Origin: the human T2T-CHM13v2.0 reference genome, Homo sapiens
Assembly (NCBI RefSeq): GCF_009914755.1
Contig: NC_060941.1
DNA: 64,000 bases
Direction: 5' to 3' (one strand)
Numbering within the stretch: position 1 is the stretch's first letter; the number at the start of each line of letters is the position of its first letter. Position numbers and translations under genes: made by a program. Shown here in pieces: positions 1 through 15,400 of the stretch. The notes below the pieces were generated by a model, which had not been told where the DNA came from, ran no database searches, and saw nothing but the letters and a program-made list of their open reading frames with translations.

Positions 1-316
1 GACTCTAAGGTGGTATTTTACCCAAAGCTGAAAATTCATACCCTGATCTCTTTCTTAACCTCGAACTATGTCCAGCCATATTATTCAATGTAGCCTACTA
101 GGGCACTGCAAAAAGTTTGAATGTAAACCTCATGAGTCAATAATAAAATTTCTCCCAACTAGGGATTCCAGAAAGAAGTTAATTCAAGTAGTCTTTTGCT
201 TGTTAAAGTTTGTTTCTTATATATAATAGTCCAAAAGAACCCCCCATCGAATTCTTTTTTATTTGCAAATTACAGATAATTTTGCAAATGTAAGATTATA
301 TATATATATGTGTATA

Positions 317-1505
317 TGGTCATGTGCCACATAATGACGTTTCAGTCAAGGATGGACCACATGTATGAAAGTAGTCCCATAAGATTATAATGGAGCTGAA
401 AAATTGCTATAGCCTGCTGACTTCTTAGCCTTTGTAGTCATATCACAATGCATTAGTCACATGTTTGTGGTGATGCTGGTATAAACACAACTATTGCTCT
501 GCCAGTCTTACAAAAGTCTAGCACAGGCAACTATGTATAGTACATAATACTAGACTGTTATAATAAATTACTATGTTACTGGTTTATGTATTTACTGTGT
601 TATATTTTTATGGTTATTTTAAAGTATACTCCTACTTACAAAAAATATGTTAACTGTAAAACAGCCTCAGGCAGGTCCTTGTAGGAGGGATTCCAGAAGA
701 AGGCATTGTTATCACAGAAGATGACAGGTTCATGCATGTTATTGCCCCTGAAGACAGCGGGACAAGAGGTGAAGAAGAAAAACAGTGATATTGATGACCA
801 TGACTGTGTGTTGTCTCAGGCTACTGTGTGTGTTTGTGTTTTAGTCTTTAACAAAAATGTTTTAAAATTAAAAAATAAAATAAAAAGAAGAAAGTGTATA
901 GAATAAGTACATAAAGAAAAAATATTTTTTGTACAGCTGTACAATGAGTGTTTTAAACTAAGCGTTATTACAAAAAAAGTCAAAAAGTTAAAAAACGTGA
1001 GAAAGTTTATAAAGTAAAAAAGTTACAGTAAGCTAAGGTTAATTTATTGTTGAAGAAAAATATTTTAAATACATTTAGTGTATCCTAAGTGTACAGTGTT
1101 TATAAAGTCTAAAGTAGTATACAGTAATCTCCTAGACCTTCACATTCACTACCACTCACTCACAGACTCACCCAAAGCAACTTCCAGTCCTGTAAGCTCC
1201 ATTCATGGTATACCAGTGTGCTATACAGGTGTACTATATTTCATTTTTCATCGAGTATTTTTACTGTACCTTTTCTATATTTAGATACATAAATACCATT
1301 GTGTTACAATTACTGACAATATTCCTTGAAGTCATATACAGGTTTATAGCCTAGGAGCAATAGGCTATACCATACGACCTAAGTGTATAGTAGCATCTAC
1401 CATCTAGGTTTGTGTAAGTACACTCCATGATGTTCGCACAACAACAAAATCACCTTAGGATGCATTTCTCAGAATGTATCCCCATCATTAAGCACTGCAT
1501 GACTG
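317..1505. mobile_element. Tigger3b (TcMar-Tigger) non-autonomous DNA transposon, full length ~1.2 kb
   Basis: Terminal inverted repeats (t)ggtcatgtgccacataatgacg ... cattaagcactgcatgactg, each flanked by TA; internal sequence follows the recalled Tigger3b/GOLEM_B consensus. Confidence 0.9.
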
Positions 1506-1569
1506 TATGTGTATGTATATATATGTATTTATTTACATACATATATAATAAAATGGATCCCACCCTGCC

Positions 1570-2170
1570 TTTTTTATTTTCAACTTTTATTTTAAGTTCA
1601 GGTGTATAAGTGCAGGTTTGTTGCATAGGTAAAATTGTGTCACGGGGGTTTGTTCTACAGATTATTTCATCACCCAGACACTAAGCCTAGTACTCATTAC
1701 TATTTTTCCTGATCCTCTCCCTCCTCTCACCCTCCACCCTCTGATAGGTCCTAGTGTGTATTGTTACTCTCTATGTGTCTACATGTTCTCATCATTTAGC
1801 TCCCACTTACAAGTGAGAATATGTGGTATTTGGTTTTCTGTTCCTGTGTTAGTTTGCTAAGGATAATGGCCTCCAGCTCCGTCCATGACCCTGCAAATGA
1901 TGTGATCTCATTTCTTTTTGTGGCTGCATTGTATTCCATGGTGTATGTGTACCACATTTTCTTTATCCAGTCTGTCATTCATGGGCATTTTGGTAGATTC
2001 TATGTCTTTGCTATTGTAAATAGTCCTACAATGAACATACATGTGCTTGTGTCTTTATAAAAGAATGACTTATATTCCTTTGGGTGTATACCCAGTATTG
2101 GGATTGCTGGGTCAAATGGTATTTCTGTGTTTAGGTCTTTGAGGAATGACCGCCCTGTCTTCCACAATGT
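1570..2170 (-). mobile_element. 5'-truncated L1 (L1PA13-16-type) 3' end
   Basis: T-rich tail followed by L1 3'UTR; minus-strand ORF 1796-1978 gives the L1 ORF2 C-terminus-like WIKKMWYTYTMEY...ELEAIILSKLTQEQKTK. Confidence 0.9.
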
Positions 2171-4730
2171 CAAACCTGCTTCTCACTCTTCTCTGACTTA
2201 ACTAAAGGGCATGTGATGCCAATATAGAGTTAGTTTTCCTTCAGCAGATGCAACCTGGGCTGTTTTCTCAGGAATAGGTTCAATTTTCTTCAGGACTTTG
2301 GAAGTTAAATTAGTTTGACAACAAGACTCTGGTGCCCATGATTTTCTTTTTAGAGTCCAATAGAAATAAAGCCACATAATTATCACCAAGATATTTAGAA
2401 AATAACAGACTTACTCTGAGAAACATTATATTCCTAGAACCTAGCACTTGGTACTGCCAAAAGCTGGAGAAGATATCCCATGTTATCTGAACAAAAGAAG
2501 AATGCCTTTGGTTTATCTTTAGCCGAGTGCCTCTCAGTTCACACCAGTTGCCCAGAATCTGCAATCTGTAACCTTGCTCAGTTGGGAGGAAGCTCCTTGC
2601 AGATGGTTCCCTTGGAACTGTGCATTTGCTATCACTCCTTGTTCTCTCAGACATCACTGCTTTCTTGGCGAGTTAAAATTTTTGCAATGGTGCAGTCCCA
2701 GCTCCAAGATCATTTTTTTGTGTTATTTTTTCTTTTATATCCATATTTTCAAAATCTGTTCATTTATACTTACACCTTGAGTCTCATGTTCTTGCCACCC
2801 AAGTTCCAAATTGAGTCAGCCTTTGCATTTACCAATGTGACCCTTTCCACTGCCTCCTATTTTTGAATTACTTATGTCCAAGACACCAGTCTTCTACGGA
2901 AAATTTTCACTCCAGTCAGAGCCACCATAAGACCACATGTTGGGAGGTGGTTTTGGAGTCTGTAGGCCAGCGACAGGAGTGCAATCTTTGTTCTTTCTCG
3001 ATTTCTTTGTTGTCTGATCTACAGCATCTACAATTTAAAGATTGAATCTTATTAATGCACATAGAACTCAGTCTGGCACCAAAAACTGTGACTTAACCCT
3101 CTTACATCTAAAAGGCCAGTGCACAAACTGTTTTTCTTGTGACAGATTTTATGCTATTTCAAGCGTTACTTCTAGGGTAAGCTATAGGAACTTGCCATTG
3201 AGGCTTTCTGCAGTGGATAATGCAAGTTGGTGACTGCTGAGATCCAAACACAGCCTGAATCTTCACCATCTATGTGGCCAGCATTTGCTGAGGTCCTTAT
3301 AAGGCTGCCATGACTGCAGAGAAGCTATAACATTGTTCGCATGCCCCGCCTGAGGCCTGAGTTGCCTACACATCTTCAGAAGCCCTCCTCTGCTCAAGGT
3401 CAGGGCCTTGCATAGAGGTTAAGCCTCATTGGCAGAGACATGTAAAGCCCGAGAACCATTCACTTGAAGCTACTCATGCATACACCGCTGATATTATGAA
3501 AATGGCTACTTCACTCTGGAAGAAGCCACAATAAGCATCACCAAACATTTAGCACAGCTGATTGAAGCCTTATGGCCTGTCCACAGCAGCTAAGAGCCAA
3601 GGCTCGAGGGAAAAAATCTGCCTAGGCTAGTATACGCCTTTACAAAGCACCAAGATAAGAATGTTCTTCCCACACACTAAACTCATGGCCCCAAACCATA
3701 TTTCTTACCCACATCAAAAACCTTTTCATGGAGATCTTCAGCTTCTCTAATTATTCTCTTTGTCTTTATTGCTCAATATTTCTGCTTGAGTCTCCGGGGA
3801 TGTGTGGGAATTGATACCCTCATTCTCTGTATATTCTCTGATCTAAAAAGATTGAGAGATAGAATATATCGGGAAGTCACAAATCACCATGTGCAGATTT
3901 CCAATGGACACATCAAACATGTTTCAACATGATAAATTCTCTTAGCCTATTTTGAGAATATAAAAGAGTCCAGAGAATAAGGAGAAAGAAATTTTATGAC
4001 AATGCATTCTTTGGAGAATACTGCATGAGTCTCATCTGATGCCATCTCCAGCATGAGCAGTTGGCCCATCCACCTCACCTTAATCCTTCCAGTGGTTTCC
4101 AAAGTGTAATTTGGAGAGGTGATTCCCATGCGTGAGGGGCATAGCCAACTGAAATCCTCCCTGTGCCTGATAATCCTGGAGCATGAGACATCTTCTGAAT
4201 GGTCTATAGAGATGCTTCTCTATGGGCATTGCCCTGCTTTTCCAGTTATTTCCAAGAACAAAGAAGCACAAGTGCTTCCCAGGGACTGGATGTGGGTCCT
4301 TGGGAGAGCTGATGAGAGTCATCTAGTCCAACAGAACACACCAGATGGAGGTTGGAGGGAGAGGGAAGAATGAGTGGGAAGAGACAGAGTGAACATCTCA
4401 GGGCTCAGGAAGGAGCATGAGCAGTCAGCACCTCGAGTGGTGAGAAGCTGGAGGTGTTCTACTCATGCATTATCTTTCACATGAACAATAGCGTCAAAAG
4501 TGGGCGGAAAGCATTCTCCCCACACAGCAATGCCCATTTAATAAGTTTGCCATGATGATTGACTTGGTAATGCATGTAAAAGGCTTAGGACTGCATGCTT
4601 ATTAGCCTATCACCAGTACCTACGTGTTTAACATTATATGACAAATACTCGGTGAGTGTCTTAGTTCCACTCTTTCCTAATATTTATTACACACCCCTTC
4701 TCCCACTCCTGGCTAGTCAGCTTGCATGTA

Positions 4731-5316
4731 CAGTCATTTCTGCTATAATGCAACATATGTGTTCCTAAGAATCGCTGCTCTGTGTAACGTCAAGCAATTA
4801 AAACCACAGAGCTTTGGATAAATCGGCTTAGGCACACAACACTCATGATCAGTGACACATTTTTTAAAAAGATAGAAATATAATAAAGATGGCAGCACAT
4901 CCTGTATCTAAGATAAAAGTGGAAATTAAAACAAAAATGGTAGCACAGTTTTATCCATGTGAAGTGGTTAAGAAACACATATCACATTCAATATGGCACC
5001 TGGAGTTTGCTTGTGGAAGCGGACAGCTCTGTGTTATTGTGAAGTGAGGGAAGGAGCATCCTCTGAAACCAGACAGAAAGCTATAACACCAGATGTAGAC
5101 GGGTGTGGCTTGTGGTCCTCGTGAGGTGTGTGCATTTGTGTGCTTTGTGTATTTCTAGGTGGCTCCCTTCAGCCGAGTGCAGTTTTCTGTGTTTACCTAC
5201 TGCTTCTCATGGATGAAAACTCATGTAAACAAATGCAAAATTTGTGTTATCCTCAAACTGAGGATGATATACCAATTACGTTGGAACAAATTCATATTTT
5301 CAAAATGAGCAGAACA
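4731..5316. mobile_element. MER82 (TcMar-Tigger) DNA transposon
   Basis: Begins TA|cagtcatttctgctataatgcaacatatgtgttcctaag and ends ...ggaacaaattcatattttcaaaatgagcagaac, matching the recalled MER82 consensus. Confidence 0.75.
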
Positions 5317-5598
5317 GTACATATTTACAAACCAGAAGCCACACATCCCCTAGCCTGCTTTGAAAAGGGATAATTTGTAAGAATGTGATCTCCCAAGTGC
5401 AATAGTTAGAATCTTTGGATTTAGGCCACGAGCGTTTGCCAAAAGAAATATATAATGGAGAAGAGAGTTCTGGAGACCTTTGTTGGGAAAGCCAGAACAT
5501 CCTCATAGAGTTACTCAACTCTGGCTAAATTATATGTGAAGACCTAGACGACACCTAAAGAATTATTGTGCATTTTGAAAGCAGGAAGAGGAAAAGAA

Positions 5599-5688
5599 AA
5601 GGAGGAAACAAATGACTCTGATCAATTCTTGGTAATAACAAAGGAGGAAACAAATGACTCTGATCAATTCTTGGTAATAACAAAGGAG
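5599..5688. repeat. Perfect 42-bp tandem duplication
   Basis: aaggaggaaacaaatgactctgatcaattcttggtaataaca at 5599-5640 and 5641-5682, followed by aaggag. Confidence 0.97.
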
Positions 5689-5851
5689 ATACGATTCCCA
5701 CTACACTCTCACGTGATACATTCAAATGGTAACTACTTTTCGTCTATTTTTGCCAAAAATGAAGACATAGGATCATAGGAAAAAAACAATGTTTACTAAA
5801 TCTATCAATCAAAGCCACTAAATCCTAATTCTTCTATTTCAAGATCCATTA

Positions 5852-6179
<328 letters not shown>

Positions 6180-6720
6180 TTATTTATTTTTAACTTTTAT
6201 TTTGGGTTCAGGCATACATGTGCAGGTTTGTTATATAGGTAAACTTGTGTCATGAGGGTTTGTTGTATAGATTATTTTGTCACCCAGGTACTAAACCTAG
6301 TACCCAGTGGTTATTTTCTGTCTCTCTCATCTCACCCTCCACCCTCAAGTAGGCCCTAGTGTCTGTTGTTCGCCTGTTTGCATCCATGTGTTCTCTTCAT
6401 TTAGCTCCCACTTTTAAGTGAGAACATTCGGTGTTTGGTTTTCTGTTCCTGTGTTAGTTTGCTAATGGCCTCCAGCTCCATCCGTGTTTCTGCAAAAGAC
6501 ATTATCTCATTTCTTTTTATGGTGGCATAGTTTTCTATAGTGTATATGCACCACATTTTTTAATCCAGTCTTCCACTGATGGGCATTTAGGTTGATTCCA
6601 TGTCTATGCTATTGTAAATAGTGCTGCAATGAACATATGCATGCATGTGTCTTTATGGTATATTCCTTTGGGTACATACACAGTAATGGGATTGCTGGGC
6701 CAAATAGTAATTCTGTTTTA
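6180..6720 (-). mobile_element. 5'-truncated L1 (L1PA13-16-type) 3' end
   Basis: Same L1 3'UTR/ORF2-end sequence as 1570-2170; TSD-like aaattctact / gaaatgtctact. Confidence 0.9.
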
Positions 6721-7250
6721 GAAATGTCTACTTCTTTGTTTTTGGAGTGAACAATAACAAATAAGTCAAATCAAACAAGAATATATAAAGGTTTGTTTGT
6801 ATTTTAATTATTAAAATATTGAAAAAGGAATACATGAATTATTTACAAAAGCAAATTGTCAGTCACTGGAGGCAGGTGCCAAAATAAATTCTTCTCTTCA
6901 GTGTAATAAGAAGTGCTCTGAAGCAAATTGGAATATAATATTGATAATGACAATAAATTGTAAATTCGTATAACTTTGTAAAAATTTAATATTTGTGCAT
7001 TTCTGAAGTTCTTTGAACCTTCTTTTTTATCAGCAGTGTTTCTAGGTAGTGTTCATTTCTTCAGACAGAAGGTTCTTAAAGAGTCATGACTGCCTTATTA
7101 GTTATGTTTGTGCTTCCAAAACTTACAGTCCATTCCATCTGTGGTGAGCCACTTCAGCAAAATATATTTTGGACCATGAATTATTGGGCATAATGTAACA
7201 AAGCAACTGGTTGTTTGACATTTTTTTTTTGTTTGGTATCATGTAGATAG

Positions 7251-7583
<333 letters not shown>

Positions 7584-10089
7584 TTCTCCAGCATTCAACA
7601 AGTGTCATGCTATAGTCGACGTGTCAGAAATATCCAGTGAGAATCAGGGAAACCTCATTAGAAAGAGTTCCTGATTGGTTCCCATATGTTCCTGAGCTGT
7701 TTACTATATTAGAGTATGGTTTCAGTTTCTCTTATTTCTTTCACTAATCTTTGGGCTCTAACAAGGTATATTCTCATTATAATCTCTCTGTTCTCTCAAA
7801 ATCTAACACAGTACTAAGTACAAAGTTAGTTCTCTCTATATTGTAGTTAAATGGAATGAGTTCATTACAAGAAGATTAGGGCTGAATTAGCCCAGTTTGG
7901 CATTTTACATATTTGAATAATCAAATGGTAGCTAGAACCTCTATTTTGCTTGGTTTTATTAATTCAGTGGGGGACACCTGCCGGATTTAATTTCTCCCTC
8001 ATTTCTAATGGACTAAGTCAGTTTAGGTCACTGTGAAGACGTGGGTGAGGTCATGAACTTCAGTCTAGGGCTGCTGTTTTATTGTTTAGACTATCGCAGC
8101 CCTCCTAAGCCAAATTTCTTATATACTTTCAAAATAAAAATGCAGCAAACTAGTGTGGAAGTAGCCTCCAGAGCGTTCTGCCCCTCACCACCCCCGGCCC
8201 CTCCAAAGTTAGACTTAATCTTCTTGTTTCCATGTCAAATCCAAACTGGACCACCATCACTAGTTTCCTAGGAAACCCTGAAAAACTGTCTTTACATAAC
8301 TCACTTTGCCCACTATTGGAATGCTGCCACTTCTGGGGAAAGGCACAGCAGCTGTTCAGCTGCCTCATAGCAACACTTCACAACAGTGTGGGAGGAAAGC
8401 AAAGACCAGCAATATACTTAAATTAAACTTCCCTGGGGAGAGCAAGATACCAGGGCAGAAGGTAATAGTTTAGAGTCGAGAGCATCTAATTAGTCAACAA
8501 ACCTGCCCTGAAAGCGAACGTAGTGAATTTTTAATGAAATCAAGAGACCCAGTGTTTTTTCTCATCTTCCACTTGAAAGGCACTGATACATATTTAACTG
8601 CTATCATCGAAAGAGTCCTTCTGTTTCAAACATACTTCCAAAGAAGTATTTTTTTTTATTTTTATTTTGAACTAAACAACAAAAAAGAACACCCACAGCA
8701 AAGAATAAAGGTCAACTGGGTTATGTTTTCATATAATTCCTACTATTTCCCCAAAAGTTAATAACATTTCATCCAGCTACCCCTTGGACTAGCTAGGACT
8801 AGCTAGAATTGCCAAAACTCAGATGACAATGCAAGAAGCATCGTTTCAACCTGGCTCTGTTCTCTCTTTAGCACGGAAACAAAACACATGTTTATAGCAG
8901 CCATTCTTTGAACCGTGATTCATAAAATAGGGGTAGAAATTAAAGAGGTAAAGTCAAAGTTGCCAATAGTAAGAGGAAAATATTTGAACGGATGGAACCC
9001 AAACTGCCATGTAATGCTGTGCAGTTTGCTGTGCATAAAGGCACTCAGCCAACGAAGCAAATGGAAGCTTAAAATGCAGTTTGGGCTCCCCTAACCAAAC
9101 TGTGCACCCAGGAGTCAGGCTACTACTTCCCGAAGAAGGGGTACCTTTTTCTCAGCACAAAGGCTCCATCTGTTGGCCATCTCAACAGAGGGGCTGCTTT
9201 CTTTCGGCGGGTTGTGGTCATTCAGAGGGGAAGCCAATTTTTCTAGTGGAAACCCCGCATAGAATGGGGGACCCTAAGAGGCATTCTTGTACAAATATTT
9301 CATTTTATACATAAGAGAACAAACACCAGGGGTCCAGTAGAGAACAAAAATAAGGACCTCTGTTTCAGAAAGCAGAAAAAGATGTTATTAAAAGTACTAA
9401 CAGAAACTTTTTTCTCTCTCCATGAATTCTCTGAAATAGTCATGGTGTCTTTATTTGCTCCATGTTATTGATTTAGTGTAATTCTAAGCAAAGACAATTT
9501 TAAAATGTAATTATTAGCATTAATTTCCCTTTTCATCTTTATGTCGTGAAATGTCAGCTTTTAATATGAATGTAAATGCATTTTGTTGGTTACACGGAGT
9601 CACTGATGCTATCCACTTCCTATTTTGTAGGTCGTACACGCCTACCCATTTCCTTCTTATCAGAAGAGTGAAAACACTGCAGAAAACCACCTCTTCTGTT
9701 TGTATTTTACTTCCGGAAACATATACATCCCATCAACCCTCTCTATCTTCAGTTTACTAGTGAATAAAGAAGGACTTAAAGGTAAAGAGACCATGGCTAC
9801 TCCTATATTCCAATGTTGTCTTCATTTCCAGCCTAAGTGGCTGGCTGGCACATGGAGGGAAGTAACAGGAGTTAGAATGGCTATCATAGGTTCCTTGTTC
9901 CTCTATGTTTCCCAGAAGGCCATTGTCTTATTTCTCCACCGGAAAGCAACTTCAGGTTTGAATGGAATATGTGGACTCTAGGGATGTCAGAGTCCCTGCT
10001 CACTCCCTTGGGAATGGTACATGCTTACCTGTACTCTTGAGTCTTTCTAGACCCTCAGGCATTGTGAGTCTACTAGAATTTTGTGTCAT

Positions 10090-10328
10090 GCAGCATTGCA
10101 AATGCTATAAGACAATGGGGAAGTACGGAACTACAGGGAACATTCAAAGTGTGCATATCTCCTCTGCTCACACATAGGCACCATTGTCCCATTAGACTTT
10201 ACTTACAGAACACAAGTTGAAGGATTAAATTATCAAGAATTTCAAGACAGTAACATGAGAGCATTAAACTAGACACAGGGCCCTTCTGAGGACTGAGCAC
10301 AGGTTGCCAGCCCACAAAACTGGACATG
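10090..10328. mobile_element. MER45-family (hAT-Tip100) DNA transposon fragment
   Basis: cattgtcccattagactttacttacagaacacaag...aagaatttcaagacag...agcattaaac...gggcccttctgag resembles the MER45B/C end; left boundary uncertain. Confidence 0.6.
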
Positions 10329-10519
10329 AGAAATATTAAGTGATTTGCCTAATAACCAGAGATAAATGCCTTTCAACTTCAGCTCATTTCTAAGCATTAA
10401 CTTCTATTTACTTTTTTTTTTAGCTAATAAACTGACCTTTCTAACAATTCTTCAGTGTTACTATTAGATCAATGAATAATGGAATGCAAATGTTTGGGAG
10501 GGAAGGATGCTAACAGTGA

Positions 10520-10670
10520 TCGAATGCTCATGGTGCTTTGCCGTGCTTACCTAAATGATCTTATTCATTACAATTCTAATGAGGCAAGGTGTGTTTAATG
10601 CATTTTTAAAGCTGGATACTTAAAACCTTAAGAAAGCAAGTAACTCATCCAATGTCAAGTAACTTATGTG
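10520..10670 (-). mobile_element. MIR fragment
   Basis: Degenerate MIR core (ttattcattacaattctaatgaggcaagg...aagtaactcatccaatgtca). Confidence 0.5.
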
Positions 10671-11149
10671 TTGAGAAAGCAAGATCAATGAGTTATAAAC
10701 ACACGGAACTTGAGTTCCGTTCCCAACCTCCCTTTCAAAATCTATTCAGCGGCGTCGCTTTCCCATGACTCTAGATGGAGAGTTGGGCGGGCCCTTGAGT
10801 TTCTACCTGCTTGGAGGTATTGAACAGTTTCTCCCATCACTTTAGATGACAACTCAGATTCAACTTGGAAGCTGAAGTGTGCAGGTATCTGTAACATTCA
10901 CATGTCTGGATTGACTTAATGTTAAATTTTCTTCCCTTCCCTAGCTGGGCTGTTGAAATTGGCCACACCATTGCCAACAGTGACACAGCACTTCCTCTTT
11001 CCTGCTTGAGTCTTCCTCCAGTTATTAGTTTGAATGGGAGTGGTTAGTACTTAGAAAGTGGGGTGTGGAGCATGAAATATGGGAGTGGGGATGAGAAATT
11101 TCTTATTGGGGTGAGTTTTGTGCCAACTCAGACTTCTCTTAATCTCAAG

Positions 11150-11640
11150 GATTCTGTTTTAACCTGGGTTCTCACAATGCAGAACCTGCATAATTTATTG
11201 GGAACTGTAACCCTGAAAGTGAGGGACAGGGGTAGTGAAACAAGGCAGGTTCAAAATAAGGATGTTTCAAGATGGTCAATGTCAGGATATCTGGATGTTC
11301 ACTCCTATGGGATCTTCTGGAAAGCTGAGTGGCATGAGCTTTAGGATCAGGCCTTCAGCAGAGGAAGGAGAAGTTTTGCTTGCTGGTTTCTATGCATATT
11401 TATCCAGAGTTCATCCCATGAGACATTAGCCCTCTTAGAGTTCCAGGATGAAAAAGAGTGATCACAAAATTTTCTGCCATGTCACAGAAAAGCCCAGGGA
11501 TGGGCCACAGGAATGCTGGATGGGCTTGATGTATGGTGGTGCCAAGATGCACCTGCAGGAAGCCATTTGGGGTCCATGCACAGGCCCATCACTGAAGCTG
11601 TGGCCAAAATCAGAGAACAAAGGGGTTTAGCGGATCTGAT
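11150..11640 (-). mobile_element. Old ERVL LTR (LTR33/LTR41-like)
   Basis: gggttctcacaatgcagaacctgcataatttattggga...gtgaaacaaggcagg resembles the reverse of LTR33-type 3' ends. Confidence 0.45.
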
Positions 11641-13674
11641 ATGATGCATGAACAATGTCTAACATGGGTGCTTTCCTGGGTTCACTGGAGGAGATTCAAC
11701 TTGGGCCCTCCAACTCAAATTCTAGGTGTGTGCCCTGCCTCCTCTTCAGACATTTGCCTTCTGAAAGCCTGGCCCTTGGGAGGCTCACTTTATAGCACAT
11801 ATCACCTCTCATATATTGGAGTCCCATTTTCCTCATCCTGATAGTCCTTTTGAGCAGGACTTCAATAGCTCCAGTCCAGTTCACTCTGCAACAAAAGTCT
11901 GCATTGGGTCCTAGAAAAACAGTGACATATTCCTTGGCCTATCATGGAAGGGAAGTACAGTTACTCCTGAAATAAACAAGAAACTCACCCCTGTTCCACC
12001 AGCCAAAGCAGCTTCTATAACTTTCTATTTTTCCCTTAAGTTTTCCTTGGCTGAAAGTCAGACCGCAATGCACCATATTGTCAAATGAGAGGACAAAGCA
12101 TTCACAATTAAGTCTCACTTTAAAGCCTCTCTTCTTTTCAGTAAAAATCGCTTTGTTTGGTGATTGACTTTATGATGATAAACATACCTGAAAAAGTCTG
12201 ATGGAGAGTAAGAAATACAGCTTTTCTAAACAGAAATAAGGCTTTCAGGGAATGTTCTACAGGACTATGAGTTCCTTAAAACACTGCAATTCATTTCTCC
12301 CTATAGGCTGGCTAAATTTACTGTCCTCTCAGTGTGAGAACTAGTCTTCTCAGACTCCTTGAAAAATGTTCCAATCTTTACTGTTTTTTAGAAAGTACTT
12401 GGATACGACTAGAAAATACCCATCCTTTTTAAGAATTTTTAAAATTCTTAAATTGAAAACACCTCCATTAATTTTAGTAATGCAGAACACAAGATAGAAC
12501 TGAGGGTTGTGTTTCTATTCTTACTGTAGTGTCTAGCAAAGTTATATAAAATTATGCATAATATATAGTGATTATCTGAAAAAAATAATTTGAAATAAGC
12601 CCAACATTTCTCTGCCTTTTCTTGATTAAGAAAATTTGGAGGTCAACTAAAAAGCACACACTTATTAAGACTTTAACTGAAATATTGCTCTGTGGATCAG
12701 GAAAAAAGAAATTCCAAGAAACTCAAAAATTCAGAGCATGAAAATATACTGATCTTAGTGAAGACTGTATTAGAATCAGAAACAGATGACAAGGGAAGGG
12801 AGGAGAAAGTGGGAACCAACAATTCAGCATGAGAATAGAACTGTGTCTATAGTCATTCTGTGAATTATTAAGTTTTCACCTTTGGAAAGATGTCTTCGCA
12901 AGGCTAGTAGTTTTAAGTACAAATGGGGATAATGCCAAATGATGGTTTTGCATAAAAAGACTGGTATAGCTTAGAACATGCAGTTCTGAATAATATTGGA
13001 GTAGGAAAGCAAGTCAACAAGCTATTGTGTGTGTATGTAATGGACTTAATTAGAAAACATGGATTTGGAAGAAATTTACTTCTTCCAGATCATTCTTGGG
13101 GCTATTAATACGAAAACTGAAAGTCATTAGTGACCAGCGTTGCCTCAAATCTTACCAGGTCAACCCCAGCTGTTCTGTTATTTCATGAGAAAAACATCAA
13201 CTGTTTAATCATTTTATTTGTATTAATAATTTTATTACTTTAATCATGATGAAGAATTCTCTAAATGATCCTTTTGCCAAAGATCATGTTCACCTTCAAG
13301 CCTAAACTGCCTACGAATTAGATGTGCTGTTTTCCCAGAAACAATGTTTTCATTACTATTAATAAGTAGTTACTTTTATTAATCCCAGACAAATGACAGT
13401 TTAAAAGACATCATCAGAGGATATTTAAGATTTTGTTTTGCCTTGTTTTATTTATTCACTCCAATGCTAATGATCTGGAGGAAAACATTGTTTCATTGTT
13501 TTATTCCTTCAACGGTATTATATTATTTAAGCAACAACCGCAGCAAAATCCTCAGGTTTTGGAAGAGGCCCATTAGCTAGCGGCACTAAAGTGGGAAGAA
13601 GTAATTAAAATTAATAACTCAATGCAGAGGATTCCTGCTTCTGAAAACGATTAGCATCTCTTTCCTGTTCGTAT

Positions 13675-13978
13675 TTTTTCTTCTTTGTGTGTGTGGATAG
13701 AAACACGATCATGCTTGTTGCCCAGACTGGGGTACAATGACACGATCATAGCTTACTACAGCCTCAACCTCCCAGGCTCAAGCGATCCTCTCACCTCAAC
13801 CTCTAAAGTAGCTGATACCACAGATAAATGCCACCATGCCCGGCTATTTATTTTTATATTTTATAGAGATGGGGTTTTACCACGTTGCCCAGGGTGGTCT
13901 CAAACTCCTGGGCTCAAGCAATCCTGCCTTGGCCTCCCAAAGTGTTGGGATTACAGGCATGAGCCACCCCGCTCAGCC
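13675..13978 (-). mobile_element. AluJ
   Basis: Diverged dimeric Alu with J diagnostics (gatcatagcttactacagcctcaacctcccaggctcaagcgatcctc). Confidence 0.88.
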
Positions 13979-15035
13979 TGTCCTTTTCTTTACAGTGAAT
14001 TTAAGTTTTAAAAGTTGTGCTAAATTTATTTGAACATTACATCCTGCAGGACATGTTAGGATGCACCGTATAAGCCATGAACGTTCTAATACTGCAGGGA
14101 TTCAGTGAACTTTCCATTTCCATACAAACAACCTCCTATCTTCTGTGCCTTCCTTGAGGTTCCCCTAAGGTGCCCTCTTCTAACAGGAGGGGTAAAGCCA
14201 CAGTCAGCCTGCTAACAGCTACACAGCAATCAGGAAAGTGAGAAAATTAAACTACCAGTGACACATGTTCCGTCTCACCCGTTTTTGGAGAATTGATGGA
14301 GTGTGGTAGTTCACCTTGTACCTCTTCACCTTTACAGCACAACTTGAATGGGTCTGGCCCATTGCTGGACAGTTGGAGGCTCAACTTCATACATTATGCT
14401 ATTACTCTCTGTGGAACAGGAAATTTCTTGTTGCTTTTAAAACTATCTGTTTGCTTCCCTCCATATAGATGGGAGAATATGGCTTAATCTGCCACTGGGA
14501 AAGCATTACATCATGGTAGGGCTCAGGGAATTTGAGAGCCAATTAAAGGGTGTTTTTTTCTCTTTAAGATTAAAATTTTAATATTGAACATTACTATTTT
14601 TCTAAGAAAAACAACTATAACTTCTAGAATATTCAACACTTTTAATTATAATTAATGTCCTATTTATCTCATGCATTGTTAAATCTGCAATTTACATATT
14701 TAATAAAAGCAACATTATTAGGTATCCATTAAAATCTATAAAATGCAAGTTTCCATTATTGAGTAAATTAATTTCTCAGTGAGTGGCTGTTTCTCTTCTC
14801 CCAACCACTGATGAAGCAACATTATTCATCAGTTTAATTTTACTAGTTGATAATACATTGCTGCAAACATTAATTTTCTAATGCATCCCTGTACTTACTT
14901 TGTGTGTATGTTTGAGCTGGTTAAGAGGCCCTGACGATTGTTTTAACCATTGACAGACTGCAAGATGAGCTAAACTTCAGCTTTCAACGAAGATAGACTG
15001 AGTCTGCTTGTATTGAGATATCTGACTTTCCTTAA

Positions 15036-15400
<365 letters not shown>

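Noticed and set aside
3330-3822. Segment with an LTR-like 3' end (...gggaattgataccctca)
   Set aside because: Could not assign a family, 5' terminus or TSD by eye; needs RepeatMasker
5599-5688. Direct repeats as a CRISPR-like array
   Set aside because: Only two adjacent copies with no spacer, in eukaryotic DNA
9631-9781. Possible plus-strand exon (ttttgtag|G ... AAG|gtaaag)
   Set aside because: Weak donor and no supporting partner exons
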